64,000 nucleotides of DNA, taken from positions 806,001-870,000 of the forward strand of contig NC_027216.1 in the NCBI RefSeq assembly GCF_000981445.1, written 5' to 3'. Shown in pieces: positions 11,869 through 23,471 of the stretch. Origin of the DNA: Babesia bigemina. Taxonomy: Eukaryota. The notes under the pieces were generated by a model. That model saw nothing but the letters and a program-made list of their open reading frames with translations. It was not told the DNA's origin and ran no database searches. The stretch's first letter is position 1; each line of letters opens with the position of its first letter. Made by a program: the position numbers and the translations under genes.

Positions 11869-14800
11869 TCACAGTAGATCCGCAATAACATTATTTAGGC
11901 GTCCGACTGCGAGAGTGGCGGTATTCACGGCCGTCCAAATCATGCTACTTGTTGTGCCCCCTGCGCCGGCATTAGGCGGCAAAAAAGTCCCACTCAAATT
12001 CTTTAACCCTTCTTCCAAAGCATACAAATATATACGATATCCGTCAGACGTTACATTGGCAATTTTTTCGCGTGGAACATGTGTTATTATCTTATACCAC
12101 GCTTCAGCAACTCGCTGCAGTGCTTCAAAAGTAGCCACAGCGTCTCCTATATTGGATTCTATAGTGATACCAATTTGACGCTTATGAACGCTTTTATCAT
12201 CACTTTCAATGTCACATACCATTGGGGACTTGAACTGTGGGTTAATTTTTATTTCACCATTGCCATCGGATCCGTCAACATGTTGTCTGCAGGTGGCTAA
12301 TGCAAGATCCCTCGCCATTAATGTTAGAGGAGAGAGCATTAAGGTACTAAAAACGAGATCCTTCTCATCGATAAAAGCAGCATCCCATATTACATGTGAC
12401 GCGGTTGCAATCCATGTTGCCGTTCCGATAGAGTGAAGTTCATCGACCGTTCCGGGATTTCGCTTTATAAAGAGTTGCATGAATGCGTAGATTTGAACTC
12501 GTTGCTCGTAAGTCGTTGTTTCTACAAGGGAGAACGACATGATCTGCTGAAACACTCGTCGGCGGAACATAATGCCGTAATCGTTTAGGAGGTGTCCTGA
12601 GCTCAGCAGCAGCTGAAGGATAAATGAGAGGCAATTTAGCCTATCACTAGCATTGTGTACAGTGAAGCACTCGAAAAAAAGCGGGACATCATCCATTTTG
12701 ACTTCAAACCGTAGCAGGAGGTATTTGTTCACGAGTTGGTATAGCGGATCCTCCGGCTTTGTCACTCGGCGCACCACTTGCGACGCTAGTAACACGTGTA
12801 AAGCATCATTGCCTGATTTAGCATATAACTGGCACCGCTGTATGAAACATATCAAAGAGTGTAGCTGATATACACCAAATAGTCCAACACGACGAATCTT
12901 GAACGGCCCACTGCTGCCGGGAAGAGCGCTTCGTACAATGGCCGCATCGATCATATTTTGAATAATTTTGTTAACTATACCCAGAGCTTTAAGCGCGTAT
13001 TTGCGCGTTTTGTCGGATACAAGGCCAAGTATACAAAGCTCAACCACTCCGTTTCTCACGACCTGCTCCATGAGCACGGGGCTGAAAGATTCTCCCAACG
13101 CAACATTAAATTGCATATGCTGTATCTGAGCATATATTCTTCCAGCGGCTTCGGTCGTTTCTGATAGTGAAAACCACTTGGCGAATCGGTTGGGAGCGTA
13201 ATTATGATCGAGTTGAATACCACGAATCTCCATCTGTCTAAAGGTGTCTTCAAATTCAAGTTTGTATTGATACAGTTGGTCGCACAACATCCCGCAAAGG
13301 CGCCCTGTTAAGAAGGGAACCAAGTATTCGACATCGTATATATAAGGGTCACCTACAATGAGTTGCTGCATATACATACTATTGCTTCCTAGAATCTTGT
13401 TGATAAGTGTAATAGCGCCAAAAATATGATCGCTGCGGTTGTTAGCTTTACGCACTGCAGGGGGGAAAAGAATAGCCAGATTGCGAAATGTGGTCTTCAA
13501 ATTTGTTGTTTCCGACCCGCGTTTATATGGGAATTTCAACAGAGTCATAGCCACTCGTTTGGCGTTCATACATACCCAATTGGATGCATTGGATATACAT
13601 GCGAACCCTGATATCATTGTTAACCATCCACGGGAGACACCATGGCTGAGGTTGCCACGGTCGCCGGAGGTGGTGCCAGATCCCTCGACATTCATTAACT
13701 TATTTGTGTCTGATGCGCTCTCACAATTCATAGACGATAGACCATTGACGCATGTGAAATCTTGAAAGGCCGGTAACCTAAGGGGCATCGACTTCTCGTC
13801 ACCCACCATGCGGCTGGCTACCGTCACTAAAGTCATGATAACATCTTTTAACGCAAGATCACTCTCGTCATATGAACACCTATAGCAACCTTTCAACGCT
13901 TCCAGTATGCGGCACACGGCAGCCCGATCGAATGTGACGTTTGACGTATAACGAGGTCCAACGAATCGTACCAACGACCGCAACATCGTTACGTGGGACG
14001 TCAGGAGGTTTGACTCGATAGTGTCGCCAATAAAATAGTTGGGCCTGTTTAGTTCACATACTGCGTCTGTCAGTTTTAACATGGGTTTTGATTGCAATAA
14101 AGCAATTGCCGTTTCTGCCTCAGATGCAGGCAGAGTTTCCGCCAATCGAGAAGCTATATCCATTATGTATTTTATGAACGCAAATTCACACTGCAACATA
14201 TCTTTACACATGCACCTATTTTCAGGCATGATTAGCTGCTCCATTACATCCTTAAGAACCTCCGCTGCCTGGTATTCCAGGAGAGATGGTGGTACAACCT
14301 TTGAAAGCTTTGAGATGGCTAAAGCCGCTGCCGTTTTGTGAGTGGCATTTTCACGATATCCTGAGCATATCCGACGCAATATACTCGTGAAACGTTCTTT
14401 GAAATCCACGGAAGATGTGATATGCTCGGGTTCCAATGTACATCGGCACTTGAGGTACAGCAGTTGCATCCACCTGCACTACGTCAGTTTCGTTAATTTC
14501 TACTTACCTTATATCGTCGTTGAATTCTATGCCCTCGAACGTGGACGGTGCCACCTCTAAACGATTGTCATCGCCTAACAAGTCCACAAGGATTGAAAAC
14601 AAGTGGGTATACAAATTGAACGAGTCCATTTGTAAGCACCTGTCGACAAAATGTGCATACCTGTCCTTGCACCATTTTTGCTTGATAACGCTGACACCAT
14701 TCAATTCTGACTGCCTTGTCGATAATACTTCAATTATTATGCGTCCACATTGTTGCATGAACACCGTGTCCGTGCAAAATTTATCGACAGCATCTATCAC

Positions 14801-17452
14801 AACGAGACATGCCCTCAGATACGTGTCCTGTACTGGCACCTGCTTATCGTTGCTTGGCATTTCTGCATCGAATGCAATCTTTGATGGCGCATCTACCATC
14901 ACTGCCGCCTTTTGTGGTTTCATAGTGCCGTAAGCCTCTTTCACAATGTCGTGTTTTGCCAGGAGTGCCTGGATGACACGTTTTGCGTGCCCCTTCAACG
15001 CTCCTGACGAGGGGTTACCACAGGCTCGTAGTATGTACTTCGCGTATTGTAAAGGGTCTATATTACCCTCTTCACCCGTGTTGCGCAACGCCACCACCAT
15101 GTTTACACGCCTGTTTCCACATGATTCGCACTGCAGGGCGTCCTTTGAATCGATGCATAGGTGCAACAAATATTCGAGTGATAGGCGCAGAATAAGTGGA
15201 CCGTCAAATTCCAGACTTGTAATGCAATTGACGCACGTGTACTTTGTCGGCGGATTCTCAGCTTCTTTTTGCGTCAGTGACCCCAGAAGCGCGTCTAATG
15301 GCATCTGCACGCAGTGGTTGAATATCTTTAGGAAAATGTGATAATCCTCCTGACTCTGAATGGCACCCATCCACGGAGATGGATCACTGGGAAACACACC
15401 ACTGCCTTTTAACACTTGGTTAACATAATGTTCGCACTTATGCATGTAGCTTTTGATGAGCGGTTCGTCCCATGAGTTACGTTGCATGGCTGCTTTGAGT
15501 TCAGTGTAGCGTCGTAGGACAAAGTTAAAGCACATGCTTTGCACCTTGTTCAGAGCTACCCCCTTGTGTATCTCGCCCACGCCTATGCTGAAGAGGCAGT
15601 CTACCAGTGCCATGTCGAGTCGCAGCACCGACCGCAGCTTTTTGGTGCATATGGTTTCGTCATCGGTGTTATTGATTACAGCTGCAAACTCACTGGCATT
15701 GTCTATTATCACCTTTTCTTTTAAGAGCTTACACGGGTCGTACAAACTCCTCCCTTCTCGTATCCCTACGAAGATGCCGTACAGATGCAGACATTGCAGC
15801 CATTCCGTTAGGCCATCATCGTCGTCTATCTCTAAGATGATATCACCCGACTCTTCTGTTACAACCGATTTCAATTCGTTTGACAGCATAATTCTGGTTT
15901 CATTTTTGATGTTAAGTGATACACTCGGCCCATCTGCAGCAGTCTGATCTTTCGGTGCAGGTTTAACATTGAGCAGCGTCTTGAAGTCTGGTATGGTGTT
16001 GCACATCTTTTCACGAACGTCTGGATGAATATCACAGCACGATTCATTCCCCGCTGAACTAGTGACGAACCTCATGAGCGCCACTAGCATGCGCAGCGTT
16101 CCCAAACGTGCCCAGCGGTTGTTGGATAGTAGCCCGGCGTTGAAGAACGAGTGATTAAGGAACGACGGCAGATATTCCAGCGCCTCCCCCTGATTTATTT
16201 GAAGTCGCGATATGTGCTTAAACCATTGAGTGGCAAATTTGACCAGCACGATGTGCTCCAGCACCCCATTGAACCTGCATCGCAGGGCGGGCATATAGTG
16301 CCGCCCGAGCTGCGCGTTCGCTTTCAAGAATGGGAGCAAAATCTCTACGATCGTCAGTTGCATGGCATCGAATTTCAGCAGCACTTTGGCCAGCGTAGCG
16401 ACATCGCACATATCCTTTACGTTAGTGACGAAGTCCCGGAACGTGGCAGCAACTGTGCCGTTTAGGCGTATCATCCACTCATGCTGCACATTAGGCATCG
16501 TTGTGATCTGTCCAATGGCGTTGGAAAGCGCGCCCGCAACTGCGGCGATTACATTTTCAGGCAAATCAGATCTCTGCGCGTTGCACAGCGTGATCGAGAG
16601 TGTCGCGCACTGCGTGCTGATGACGTTCGCCATGACCAGTATGAAGAGCCTGATGGTGCAAATGGAATCCAGCAGCCCATCCTGTTTGACATGCTCGAAT
16701 ATTTGGTGCAGCACCGTAGATCTCCGTATGATGTTGAAGCCTTTGAGCCCGAGCATCAGAAGTATGCAGAGTTGCTTCTTGGAGTTGGCATGGCGCAGCT
16801 CCACGACGTCTGCGACGTCACAAGTGTCGCCACTCGTCGTCGGCAGAAAGTCGCGCAGTCCCACATCTTCTACGACCCCGCTGTCCACCAGCCCTGCGTA
16901 GAACCGGGAAACCGAGAATGCGCTGCATGCCCCCTTGCGTACGGCGTGTTTCCCCAAGAACTTGTGGAAAGTGAAAGCGGTGAGGAACACACGGACGCTT
17001 TCTTCGGGCGCCGCGAGCAGGCATTCTAGCACAGTGCTCAGGAGGTAATGGAGCGCTGTGTCCCCTAGTGCGATAAGCTGCGGTATGCGTTCGCATAGTC
17101 GGGTAAGAACGTGGTCGGCAAGCTGTTGTTTCAGTTCCGCCGCTGGACAGCGCTTAAGCATGAACCACAGCAACGCCAACCCCGGCTTCTGGGCCTCCGG
17201 CTCATCGCTTGTGAGAAGGTCGAAAACCTCTACCGCCCTCGGTGACGCGGCGAGGTACCTGTTTACAGCCGCCGCATCGTCGTTGAAAGGCCGGTAGAGC
17301 ACCTGTTCGTGCTTCGCTTGACCGGTGTTGGCTTTTTTCTTGGGTTGCTGGTCGCTATCCGCCAAGGTGTACGACGGACATATTGCTTGAAAGTCCCGGC
17401 GAACTATGGCCGCGGCTACCTGTAGACCGGTCACACAATACTCATTTTCCAT
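11869..17452 (-). CDS. Nucleolar pre-ribosomal-associated protein 1 (URB1/Npa1)-like, about 1850 aa, 2 exons
   Basis: Two long ORFs joined in frame by GT-AG intron 14474..14507. C-terminal PEDPLYQLVNKYLL..DDVPLFFECF..RRRVFQQIMSF resembles the URB1 C-terminal domain. Helical-repeat composition. Confidence 0.7.
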
Positions 17453-17639
17453 CGGCCCACGGTCTTCTGGGCGTTGCCGAGTTGGCTTGTCGGCGATGGC
17501 GTCGCGTTACGCCGGCTCGTGCGTGTTCGCGGTCGTCGTTTCGCCCTCCACACACCAAAGGCTGGGTCAAGCTTCTGCACAATATTGTCTAAATTCGCCT
17601 TTAAAACAGCGAGTGAGATAGTTACAAAAGCGTTAAGTC

Positions 17640-19271
17640 ATGGAAGGTCGCCCCTTTGAGGGCGGTAGCGTCGGTGGAAGGTGCACAGGTTGCGGCGGCA
17701 GCTGCCCATGGGAACTTGAGGAGCAGGCCAACCTCGAGTGGGACCGCCGGTTGGCGGAAATGCTCAGTTGGGACATCGTGCGTCCCAGTAGCGCTTCGTT
17801 TGACTCTCGCCATCCGCCTGCGATCACTGCTGAGTACCTGGAACACTGTTCGTGCTTCGCCATCTCTCTGCACACTGAACGCTGGCGGCGTCTGGTGAGC
17901 ACGATTAAGGACGCTAATGAGGCCCGCAAGGGCATGACTGTGGACGACTCCGTGGAGGAGTTGCTGAAGTTGGAGGTGCTGCTGTTCACCGACCACAACG
18001 TAGAATGTCGTCGCCAGCTTGCGCGCGGCCTGCTAGTCCAGGTTTGGCGCGACCGGCGTCCCACTAAGGCTCCGTGGTACTCTAAGTTGATGCAGCTCGT
18101 GCGCGACCTGGATGCGTTGTGTTTTTTGCACCGTCTCCACGGGGCTCAGCGCATGGTGAGCGTGGGCCCGATGGTAACTCCGTACAGCTATCTAAACAGC
18201 GTCATCGCTATTTTCCGGCACGAGGGGCTGGAGGGTGGGTTTGGTGTTGCTAGGTGTCACTGTGCGTAGGCGAGACTGTGTGGTCGCCCTATATCGAGGG
18301 CGAGCTGATGTACCGTTTGTCCGGCCGCGGGTTCCTCACCATAGCGATAAGCGTGGACGCCCTGAAGTACACTAAGCGACTTCTGGTGCCCAAAATGCAC
18401 ACCGACCGTTGTTTTATGCGGCCCACCTGGATCCGTATGACCCGGCGCGCCAAACGTTTAGCTAAGGGCCTTCGTGTCACCTTGGACACTGCATTCCATC
18501 AGGTAAGCCTTGCCCGTGCATCAGCTGTTGGAGGCGTGTCGCCTAAGGGCAGGCCCTGGTCGCGTTCGCCGGGCGCACCAGCAATCACCTAGAGTTTTGT
18601 TTTGGTAGTCAGTTGCAATCGTTTGCATATTGGCAGTGTCAAGCGGTGTGTTTCACTCAACGTGAGTCAGGTCATCGATGCGATCGTGCAGCAGCACGGC
18701 GCCAACTGGATGTACCCAGAGGTGTGCACGGAGTTCAACCGCATGCACTACCAGCGTCACCGTTTCGGGAGTGTGGATACCCGGCTGCACTCAGTCGAGG
18801 TTTGGCGCGGTGACGAACTCATCGCCGGCGAGATCGGTTGTACGTTAAATGCGTTGCATCGCTATATCGTGTCAGTTTCCGCTGGTGCAGTGTACACGAG
18901 CCTGACTGGGTTTCACCTGCTGGATTCTTCTGGCACGTTCCAGATGTACGCGTTAGCCGCGATCCTGCATTTCTCAGGTACTTCGCATCCTATGTGACCA
19001 TAAGTGCGCAGACGTCGAACTGTGGGACCTCGGCATGGAAATCCCCTACAAATGCAGTCTGGGCGGCACGACTATGCCGCGCATAAAATTCATCGAGGAA
19101 TTCCACCGGTTGAAGCAAATCGTAGGTTTTTCGTTGTTGGTTGACACGCCGCAGGAGCGCCACGTGCATTTGCCGAGTCGCTTCCGGGAGAACGAAAATT
19201 GCGTTTCCCTTCTAGAAGAGTTTGAAGCTGCACAACAGCGTGTTGGTATGGAAGGCAGTGCCCCAGCCTAA
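17640..19271 (+). CDS. Leucyl/phenylalanyl-tRNA--protein transferase-like (Aat/ATEL1 family), multi-exon
   Basis: Motifs VTLDTAFHQVI, HGANWMYP, LHSVEVWRGDELIAGEIG, GAVYTSLTGF and LWDLGM..YKCSLGG. Introns at 18235..18269, 18503..18670, 18840..18875, about 18978..19011 and 19122..19154. Confidence 0.85.
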
Positions 19272-19425
19272 CTTGCGCAAAATTGCGTTGTTTGTCTACA
19301 TTACAGACGGCTTATTTCAATCTGATGTAGTGCTTTTCACGGTGGTGTGTAGCGGGTGTGGTCTCTGGGCAGGCATCTCCCTGGGCGCAGGTTGACACTT
19401 CCTTTGTGCTTATTGTGACCATGTG

Positions 19426-19963
19426 ATGGGATTGCTGTCGCGCATCGGTCGCGGATTTCGCGGCCTCGGCGAAGAGCTGCTCGACTGCTACGCCTACGCG
19501 ACCCTGAGGCAGCAACACCTCATGATGGTATGCGCCGGCGTCGTGCTGGGGGCAATCGTCGGCGTCAAAAGCCGTCGTCAGCGCCTGGCCAGTGGCGAGT
19601 TCAGCGACAACCTGGAGCTTGTGGCGTACTCCACTTCATCTGTAGACGAGTTTGAATCTCGCTGGAACCGGCTCGCGCGTTTCGCTCAGCGCAGGCCCGA
19701 CTACAAGCACACTCAGCTGTACAAGGCGATAGACTGGGACAAGCCGTTTCCGCACTATCTGCAGGTAAGGCACACCGTGTCACCAACGCTGCACACCCTC
19801 TCAGCTTCGGCTTTGGAAATACGATGACTCGCTTGCTAAGTTCACAGAGGCAGCCTCATCCACCGGGCTGCTGAAGAAGGTTGACATGTCGGCGACATCG
19901 GTGCAGCGCGCGCGTCCGGTGACCATCATCGACGATTCGGTTCGTCGCGGCATTTCTTTTTGA
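19426..19963 (+). CDS. Single-TM protein with ABM/dimeric alpha-beta-barrel-like domain (probably mitochondrial)
   Basis: Basic amphipathic N-terminus, then TM (MVCAGVVLGAIVGV), then DEFESRWNRLARFAQRRPDYKHTQLYK..YLQLRLW. Intron 19765..19804. Confidence 0.6.
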
Positions 19964-20690
19964 GGTGCCACGGGAGCAGCTATTTAGTAATTTTGTTATC
20001 GCTACTTTTGCGTACGCTTTGAGACCGCAGATGGCAGCATTACGCTGTCTACCTTTCGGCTACTACCGTGGCTCGCAAAACACGTCGTTAGAGCCGTACA
20101 ATGACCTTTACAGTTTATTTTATCGCTACGCATAAATAATTGTGCGCGTATGTGAGCTGAAATAAACCAGGCGAGACGCAGTACGCACGTTTAATTTTTT
20201 GTCGCTTACGGGTCCCGGCGTTTTTTGCGTGAGTCGGCGGTCCCCGCTGTGCCTTTCGATGCACGTGAAAGCCATGGTGTGCAGGCGGAGCTGAGTCAGT
20301 CGCCGGGTGGTGTAGTAGTGTACGAACTACAAGTGCGTCGCGTGCGCAGTCTACAATATAGGTCCATTACCTCCACACTTCCCACGGGCGCGCCGTATTT
20401 AGCGCACTGTAATCAAGATTTGAATCCCCGCAGTGTTCCTATACTACTGCCTGGTCGACGACTGTCTGGCGACTGCAGGCTGACTGTCGCCCGCCGTGCC
20501 TTCAAACTCTTGGGCGTGTGCCGGTGCCGTGCGACAACCACCCCGTGGAAGGCTTGCCCCGCAAAATGCAACTACGCATAAGTCCCTGGGTAGAATCTTT
20601 GTAGAGTGTAATCCAGCGACTACTCCATTCTGGCGCGCGCTACACATCGTTCCTTCCCCCCGGTCCCGTGATAAGAATCAAGCTCCGAAG

Positions 20691-21802
20691 ATGGGCAGGG
20701 TGAGTGACTGCGATATCCTTGGTCGGCCACAGCTTTGCAGGATTACTACGCGATCCTCGGCGTGAATCGCGGCTGCAACGAGGCCGAGTTGAAGAAGGCC
20801 TACCGCAAGCTTGCGATGCAATGGCACCCTGACAAGCATCCAGATCCCGCTGCGAAGCAAAAGGCATGGTTTTTGGCGTGCTTGTTGACGCACTTCAGGC
20901 TGAGGACATGTTCAAGAATGTCTCCGAGGCCTACGACGTTCTGTCGGACCCCGAGAAGCGCAAGATCTACGACCAGTTCGGTGAGGAGGGCCTCAAAGGC
21001 ACCGCCGGCCCTCATGATCACAGTGCTTCTCACCAGTACGTCTGTAAGTTGCTAATATGTTTGCGCGTGAGTTTTTGCCAGACACTGGTGTGGACCCGAC
21101 CGAGTTGTTCAAGAAGTTCTTCGGCGCTGACCGCGGCTTCATGTTCAACAGCGGTTTCGGCGACGACATCGGTGGCTTCGGCGAGACGTTCGGGATGCAC
21201 CACGGCGGCCGGCAACGCTCGCATAAGTCGCCCAACTACGAGTTGGACCTTCCGGTGACGCTCGAGGAGCTCTACACTGGCACTGTGAAGAAGATGAAAA
21301 TCACTCGCAAGCGTTTCGCGAGCGGGACCGAGTACAAGGAGGAGCAGATCCTCAAGATTGACATCAAACCGGTAAGCGTTAACGATGCCCATGTCATACT
21401 GTTTAGGGCTGGAAGGACGGCACGAAGCTGACGTTCTCCGGCGAGGGCGATCAGGCCACGCCCGCCAGTCCCCCTGGCGACCTTATTTTCATAATAAGGG
21501 CCAAGAAGCACGCCCGATTTATGCGAGACGGTAACAACCTCGTATACAAGTTCACCGTGCCTCTGGTGAAGGCGCTCACCGGCTTCCAGGCTACGCTCAC
21601 TACTCTGGATAATCGCAGGCTGACGGTCAGGATAGTGGATGTGGTTTCGCCGACCTACCGCAAGGTAATCGCGAACGAGGGCATGCCTATCTCCAAAACG
21701 CCATCTGAGCGTGGCGACTTGGTTTTGGAGTTCGAAGTGACGTTCCCTCGCACGTTGACCGCTGACCAGAAGAAACAGATAACGGCCGTGCTAAGCAGTT
21801 GA
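20691..21802 (+). CDS. Type II Hsp40/DnaJ (Sis1-like), 5 exons
   Basis: [14 protein letters not shown] motif, G/F region and C-terminal domain ([17 protein letters not shown]). Introns include 20700..20740 and a GC-AG intron at 20864..20898. Confidence 0.93.
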
Positions 21803-21933
21803 TGTTGCGCGACTGCAGTTTCATCACAAAAAGATTACAGTAAAATTAGTTCCGTTCTTAGGCGTTAGCCGGGTACCCCCTTTGCTTTTCGCACCGTGCC
21901 CGTGGCAGACGCTGGGTACTCCCCTTTGAACGA

Positions 21934-22361
21934 TTACAAGTTGCATATGCGATGGTACTCCCTAGCAGCGTCTGTCAGGAGATCGGCACCTAGCTTCGCC
22001 GGTGCGGGCGGGGCCTCCGTTTTAGTCTGTCCTCCAAACTTCTCCATGATCCTCGAAGGCATTTTGATGAGGTTCCACTTCGCCCAGTACTGGCTCTTTG
22101 GCGGATCGAGCACGATGTCCACCGTTAGCCCGGTGACCAGCGCCCAGAACGCGAGCATCCGTAAGGCCTCGACGCGTTTGGCGAACTCAGCGTATCCCAG
22201 CGCGGGCTTGTAGAACAGCTTCTTAGCTTCCGTCCAAGACGCATCAATCTGCGCAGATGTGTGAGCTGTCCACAAAAGTTGGTTCGCGCTACTGCGCTGG
22301 AACTTACGCTGTTAAGCTGACGGCCTGAGGGAGCCTGGCCCAGGTAACGCTGCTGCGTCAT
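21934..22361 (-). CDS. Small single-TM hypothetical protein (possibly mitochondrial inner membrane), 2 exons
   Basis: MTQQRYLGQAPSGRQLNS|IDASWTEAKKLFY..MLAFWALVTGLTVDIVLDPPKSQYW. GTAAGT..GCAG intron 22249..22307 keeps the frame. Confidence 0.65.
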
Positions 22362-22613
22362 TTGCTGCCATTTTATTGGCAGAAAAGCTGCCCCTCGCTT
22401 GGAGAAGCTACCGATGCCCTTCATTATTGTTTTGAGGTGCTTCCGGCAGGTACCGAGGTTGCCGTCGCGTCGGCACGTAGTCTCGTGCAGTACCCAGACC
22501 CCATCAACGACCGCATCAAAACACTAATTATAGGACATTTACGAATCTGTTTTGTGTCAACGTCAGCCGTGGAGGCCTTATATGTGTATGTTTGTCTGCC
22601 TGTCCAGCTACGT

Positions 22614-22946
22614 TCAGCGTATTGCTTTGCGTACTCCCCGGAAAGCTGCTGATACAAAGCTGCGAGAACGGTGATTATACGTAGGAATGCTGTACACACC
22701 TCTGTGACCAGAAGCCTGGGAATAGCACCGGCCTCTGTGTAGCAGGTTCAATCCCCTCGGAGCTCGGCGGCAGTTGGCGCTGTGCTTTCAGCCGTCTATA
22801 GAACCTATCAGCAGTGACCTTCGGGCGTTGATAGCCACCTACCAGTCCCTACGTCTAAGCCAATTTCCGCAGAGCTGGTCGAAAAAGATGATGTTGCCGC
22901 GCTGTTTCACCTTCTCCTTAGTGCGTTTGTTTTTGGGAACCGCCAT
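22614..22946 (-). CDS. Organellar ribosomal protein bL32-like, 84 aa, 3 exons (absent from the ORF track)
   Basis: Starts MAVPKNKRTKEKVKQRG, the bL32 N-terminal signature. GT-AG introns 22805..22842 and 22660..22699 give a continuous frame ending RGVRKAIR*. Confidence 0.72.
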
Positions 22947-23471
22947 GTCCGCACTCCCCGGAAGCTTTTGGCGTGTTTAATAGTGAATGTGTGTCGTGCG
23001 TGTCGCTGTCTGAGAGCTGCGGCGCGCGTTGTGCGGACGGCACCATGCCGGCGGCCGCTCAGTCACAACAAATATGAGCCTGATTCCCACACCTTCTACA
23101 CACATATGCGCGCGTTGGTCTTTTTGATGCTGTAATGCTCTCGTTGCATCGCGAAGCAACCGTTTGACCACCTGCGTCGAAGCTGCTGCAGCAGAGCACC
23201 GTTGATCCTTCGAGTCATATTTCCTTTCAGGGGAATGAAGATGGGCAGACACGGCGCGCCAGCCCCTCTACGACTCACTAACACCCATAACACATACAGT
23301 TGTATCGTCGGCCTATTCTGGCAACAACACACCGTACCTGGATAAATGCTTGATGTCATGTTGAGCAAAGGGTATACACCAAATTTCAAAAACTTCACTG
23401 CACGCTAACTTGAATCGGCAGTAAGAGCCGTGTTGCGCGAGATTGTCTCATTCTACGTGCTGCTATATTCC

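Noticed and set aside
20180..20230. Sm-site-like AATTTTTTG followed by a T run
   Set aside because: No U1/U2/U4/U5 conserved sequence nearby. T runs are common in these intergenic regions.
22735..22765. tRNA T-loop-like GGTTCAATCCC
   Set aside because: No T-stem or cloverleaf, and it is antisense to a bL32 exon.
22977..23398. Minus-strand ORFs upstream of bL32
   Set aside because: No consistent spliced model or recognisable motif. Probably UTR or divergent promoter sequence.
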